From Phoronis australis (lineage: Eukaryota > Animalia > Phoronida): a DNA stretch of 64,000 bases. Shown here one piece after another: positions 60,590 to 64,000 of this stretch (within the stretch, counting starts at the first letter, position 1; every line of letters starts with the position of its first letter). The notes under the pieces are model-generated. The model had not been told where the DNA came from. It did not search any database and saw nothing but the letters and a program-made list of their open reading frames with translations. The stretch is taken from assembly GCA_002633005.1 (NCBI GenBank), contig NMRA01000049.1, positions 974,011 to 1,038,010 of the forward strand, in the 5' to 3' direction. The translations under genes and the position numbers were made by a program.

Positions 60590-61232
60590 CTTTCAGGCAA
60601 AAATGCGGGAAACAAAATGTGTGTTGGTCCTCCAATCTGACCTAGCAAAGGTCAAACATAGAGCATAAGATTGTGATATTGCTACACTCGTAAATTAGCA
60701 AACTAAATCTGTGTTCGAATGACATTGTCTTCATTTAGTTTCCCAAAAAATGTATTGCACTGACAGAAAATAAGCTTTTTTAAACGAAAACTTGAAGAGT
60801 TTTGAACTATTTCAAATAGAACTTGAGAACTATTTTGCTTATTATTAGCATTTTCGCAGTGTCATTCCGATATTTGTGACATCATGGTGTATAGTCAATC
60901 TTACAAAAACTGAAAAACAAGTATCGTTTTTAAGTATAATAGGTTATTTTGTAATAAATCGTAGCTTAAGTTATTATTTTGTTGTTTAAAACTAAATTCA
61001 ATGCCTAATAGATAAATTTATCTTGATTTAAAAAACATTTTAGTATTTGTTGCAGTTGTTTATATACGACAGGTCAGTTCGTGTGATCCTGTGAAGCAGC
61101 CAGATCCATTCCGCTCAGGTGAGCTGGAGCAAAAAAGTTTTGATTTTCATTTTTTATATGAATGCTTTGGGTTCTGGCTAATAAAACAACTGTTAGCACT
61201 GATTATGCCTACGGACTGTTGAATCCCGCCTT

Positions 61233-61369
61233 GGCAGCAGTATACAGACGGGGAACCTGTCTTCTAGTTCTAACATTGCCAGAAGACAGGTAGGCATCGC
61301 CTCTGTTGGCCCTACCAGTTGGTAGGGCCAGCAGAGCCGATAGACAGAATCCCCGTCTGTACTGCTGCC
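61233..61369. repeat. Branched (T-shaped) inverted-repeat element in the 5' intron of Parkin
   Basis: Outer stem 61233-61254 / 61350-61369 encloses hairpins 61255-61291 and 61296-61341. Confidence 0.8.
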
Positions 61370-61918
61370 GCGAAGAGTACTGTATTACTACTGATCCAAC
61401 TTTGCGCTTAACACAGTCTGTAGTATAGTCTGTCTGAATCCCAAAGACCTTCCAAAGGGTTCTGAAAAAATGGGTATGGACTAGGATTCAGAATAATTTT
61501 GTGTCCTTGGCACATGAAGCTGTGGCCAGTCTGGGCTAAAATTGCATTGATCCTTATATGCAAAAGGTATATCTGGAGAATTTTTCTAATAAGTGAAAAC
61601 ATGATTGCCTTACAAAATATGATTCAGTGTTTAGAAAGGCTTACAATACTCATTCAGAGGGGTTGCTGCACTAGTTTATTGGTGAAAAATACACCTATAT
61701 TGATACCAAAATTGGCCCAAGCTTTACCTAATGGTCCTAATGCCTTAACAAATTTGGGAAAAATGCAACCCATGTCAATGACACTTGTGCATCCACTTGT
61801 ATCATACCGGGTGATGGCCCCTGACCTCCTCTGCTTCCTTGCTAATTGGTACAGTCATCTCAGCCATACATGTTAAACACTTGGCTAAATAAAAAGTTTG
61901 CTCTATTTCAGGTCGCTC

Positions 61919-63549
61919 ATGTCATTCGTGGTCCATGTTCAGCTTGATGGTAGGGACCTCCTACCTTTGGAGGTAGACCCCTCATGGAGCATAGGTGATG
62001 TAAAGGAAGCAATAACAAGATTGAGGGACATCTCATTTGACAACATGCGAGTCATCTTCACTGGACATGAACTGTGTAATGACCAACTCATTCAGGTGTG
62101 AGGGCTATACCTCCAATATAATGTCTAGTTTGGTAAAAGATTTCATGTTCACTTCCGAAAATTCAAAATTACTTCTGTCAGAAATTTCCGACAAGCAACC
62201 GTTGTTAGTGTCTATCAGTGCACATTATGTGTCAAAGTGTGTTGTTTGGCGTTTGTACAAAAGGGCTGCTCTTGTAACCCCTCATCTCTATTCATGTTGT
62301 GTCAATCAGTCAGTCAAGTATTTTTAAAGTAATTTTGGAAATGAAAATTCTCATGCTATGCAGGATTACACAAAATTTACCATTTCTCCTTGCTTTTTCA
62401 GGATGTTGACTTAGGCCATTTTAGTGTTCTACATGTTGTGCAATGCTGCACAAATGGAACTCCAACCACAAAGCAACGACTGCTGTCTCCAGGTACTTTT
62501 AAGGCTGCAATGCTACAGTGCTTTTCTCACCTACATCAGTCACATTCTGTTAATATCTTTTAGTTACTATGACCTCACATGGAATTCTGACATCAGGTAC
62601 TGAAGTGACATTGGTGACCTCTTGTGTAGACTTGCTGTGCTATCTAGGCACCACTGGAGAACTCAGTTAATTCATCATATAAACTCAACATTTTTATCAA
62701 TGTAAATATTGAGTTACGCATTTTTGCTGTCACGTGTACTACCATACGTCTTTATTTGACATGTACACGGACTATGCTCAGTCATGTCTCTGTTTACATG
62801 CAACATTTTCCTGAATCAAATGGTAATTATTGTACATTCAGATAATGTGAATAGTTGTTCAAATTCTACTTTCAGACTACCAGACTAGATACTATGTGTA
62901 CTGCAGGGACAGGTGTCACCGGGTTGTGCCAGCTAAACTGAGAGTCAGGTGTAAAACGTGCAAACAAGGCTCATTAACTGTTTCTACAGTGAGTCCTTGC
63001 ATGTAAATGTTTCTCCTGTCTGGGTTAAATCTCAGGAAATTAACACGTAGGTTGAGAAATTGAAAAGTTGACATGGTCATTGGCCAATCCTGAGGCATTT
63101 AAAGTAATTTGTGATAAGGCTTGTTGACCATTTTTCGAGGTGACTGGTTGGTAGGCAAGCATTCAATCATTTAATGGGAATTTACCATGATTTTACAATA
63201 CAATATATCATGGTTGCATGAAACAAAAACTAACATGATTTACACCCTTACGCACACAATCACACGCAAGCATATTTGCCACATAGGTATTAAACTGAGC
63301 AAAGAGGGCATTGTTTTCTGGCGTAATGGAAAATATCAGAAAGGACGATTCAAAAGCGGCTTTAGGAGTTTTGGACCCGCGTAGTTTAGTATTAAATTAA
63401 CTTGAATCAAAATAAATTGTAATAATACTTGAAAGTTAATTTTGTTTGTTTTATTTGTCATGCAGGAACCAAGTTGCTGGGAGGATGTTTTAACTCCTGG
63501 TCTTATTTTGGGTCACTGTCAGTCAAATAGCTGTCAAGGCTCACAAGCA
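61919..63549 (+). CDS. PRKN: E3 ubiquitin ligase Parkin (3'-partial: Ubl domain and most of RING0)
   Basis: Exons 61919-62095 (Ubl ..MRVIFTGHEL), 62402-62492 (DLGHFSVLHVVQ, Ser65 equivalent), possible micro-exon 62564-62596, 62876-62988 (YYVYC..C..PAKLRVRCKTC), 63466-63549 (PSCWEDVL..GHC..C). A probable non-coding first exon ends at 61118 (CAG|GTGAGC). Confidence 0.93.
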
Positions 63550-64000
63550 GTAAGTTGTACAGTGCTTTGACTTGTGGTAATTGAGCCGAAGATAAAATAG
63601 TAATACCTAACCAATTATGGATTATGGCATTCACAACTATGTTAGTAACAAAAACGATCTGATTCAGTTAAAGCTGTTGTGTTGGAAATTGGTGAGAATT
63701 GCACCGTAATACCTTTTCAAGATATTTTAACATGTCAAGGATACCAAGTTTGTGTTTAGACCACTTATGTATTGGGCTGAAAACAGGTCACAATTGGTTC
63801 CTCAGAAGCAATTTATTCACTTGGAAGAACATACAACATATTGCTAGCTACTACTGGCCATGAGTGGTCACCACGTTTATGTGCAACAAATAGTGTTACT
63901 TAGTCTGCTTTATGCTTGTTTTAACACTAGGTGGAGTTAGTGTTGTATGACCTTGGACGTTCAGTGTGCATGGCTTTAAATTTCCAATAAGATCTTGCAC

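Overview
Eukaryotic, AT-rich, intron-rich DNA from an invertebrate bilaterian. The repeat types suggest a lophotrochozoan such as a mollusc, but the taxon cannot be fixed from sequence alone. Most entries in the ORF track are spurious; the gene models below were built by reading splice sites by hand. Six protein-coding genes are present: the 3' part of a FoxJ2/3 forkhead gene (+, 4217-25019), an intronless EMC7 (+, 31234-31932), SETD4 (-, 7 exons, one GC-AG intron), RPL13A (+, 6 exons, TOP/TCT start), ISCU (-, 5 exons) and the 5' part of Parkin (+, from 61919). RPL13A hosts one SNORD33-like and three SNORD34-like C/D snoRNAs. The introns hold many non-autonomous elements (Helentron/HINE-like elements with ~150-bp internal repeats, MITEs, foldbacks) and a 30-bp minisatellite. 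There is also a 750-N gap and a probable uncollapsed-haplotype duplication showing both a filled and an empty insertion site. The best leads are all hypotheses: (1) a recently mobile HINE family carrying phased, co-oriented CTCF-like motifs; (2) a second SNORD33 guide complementary to its own host gene's 5' splice site; (3) triplicated SNORD34, one copy possibly register-shifted; (4) a miR-210 site in the ISCU 3'UTR, with ISCU head-to-head with a short-linker Parkin. No CRISPR, prophage or prokaryotic system is present.
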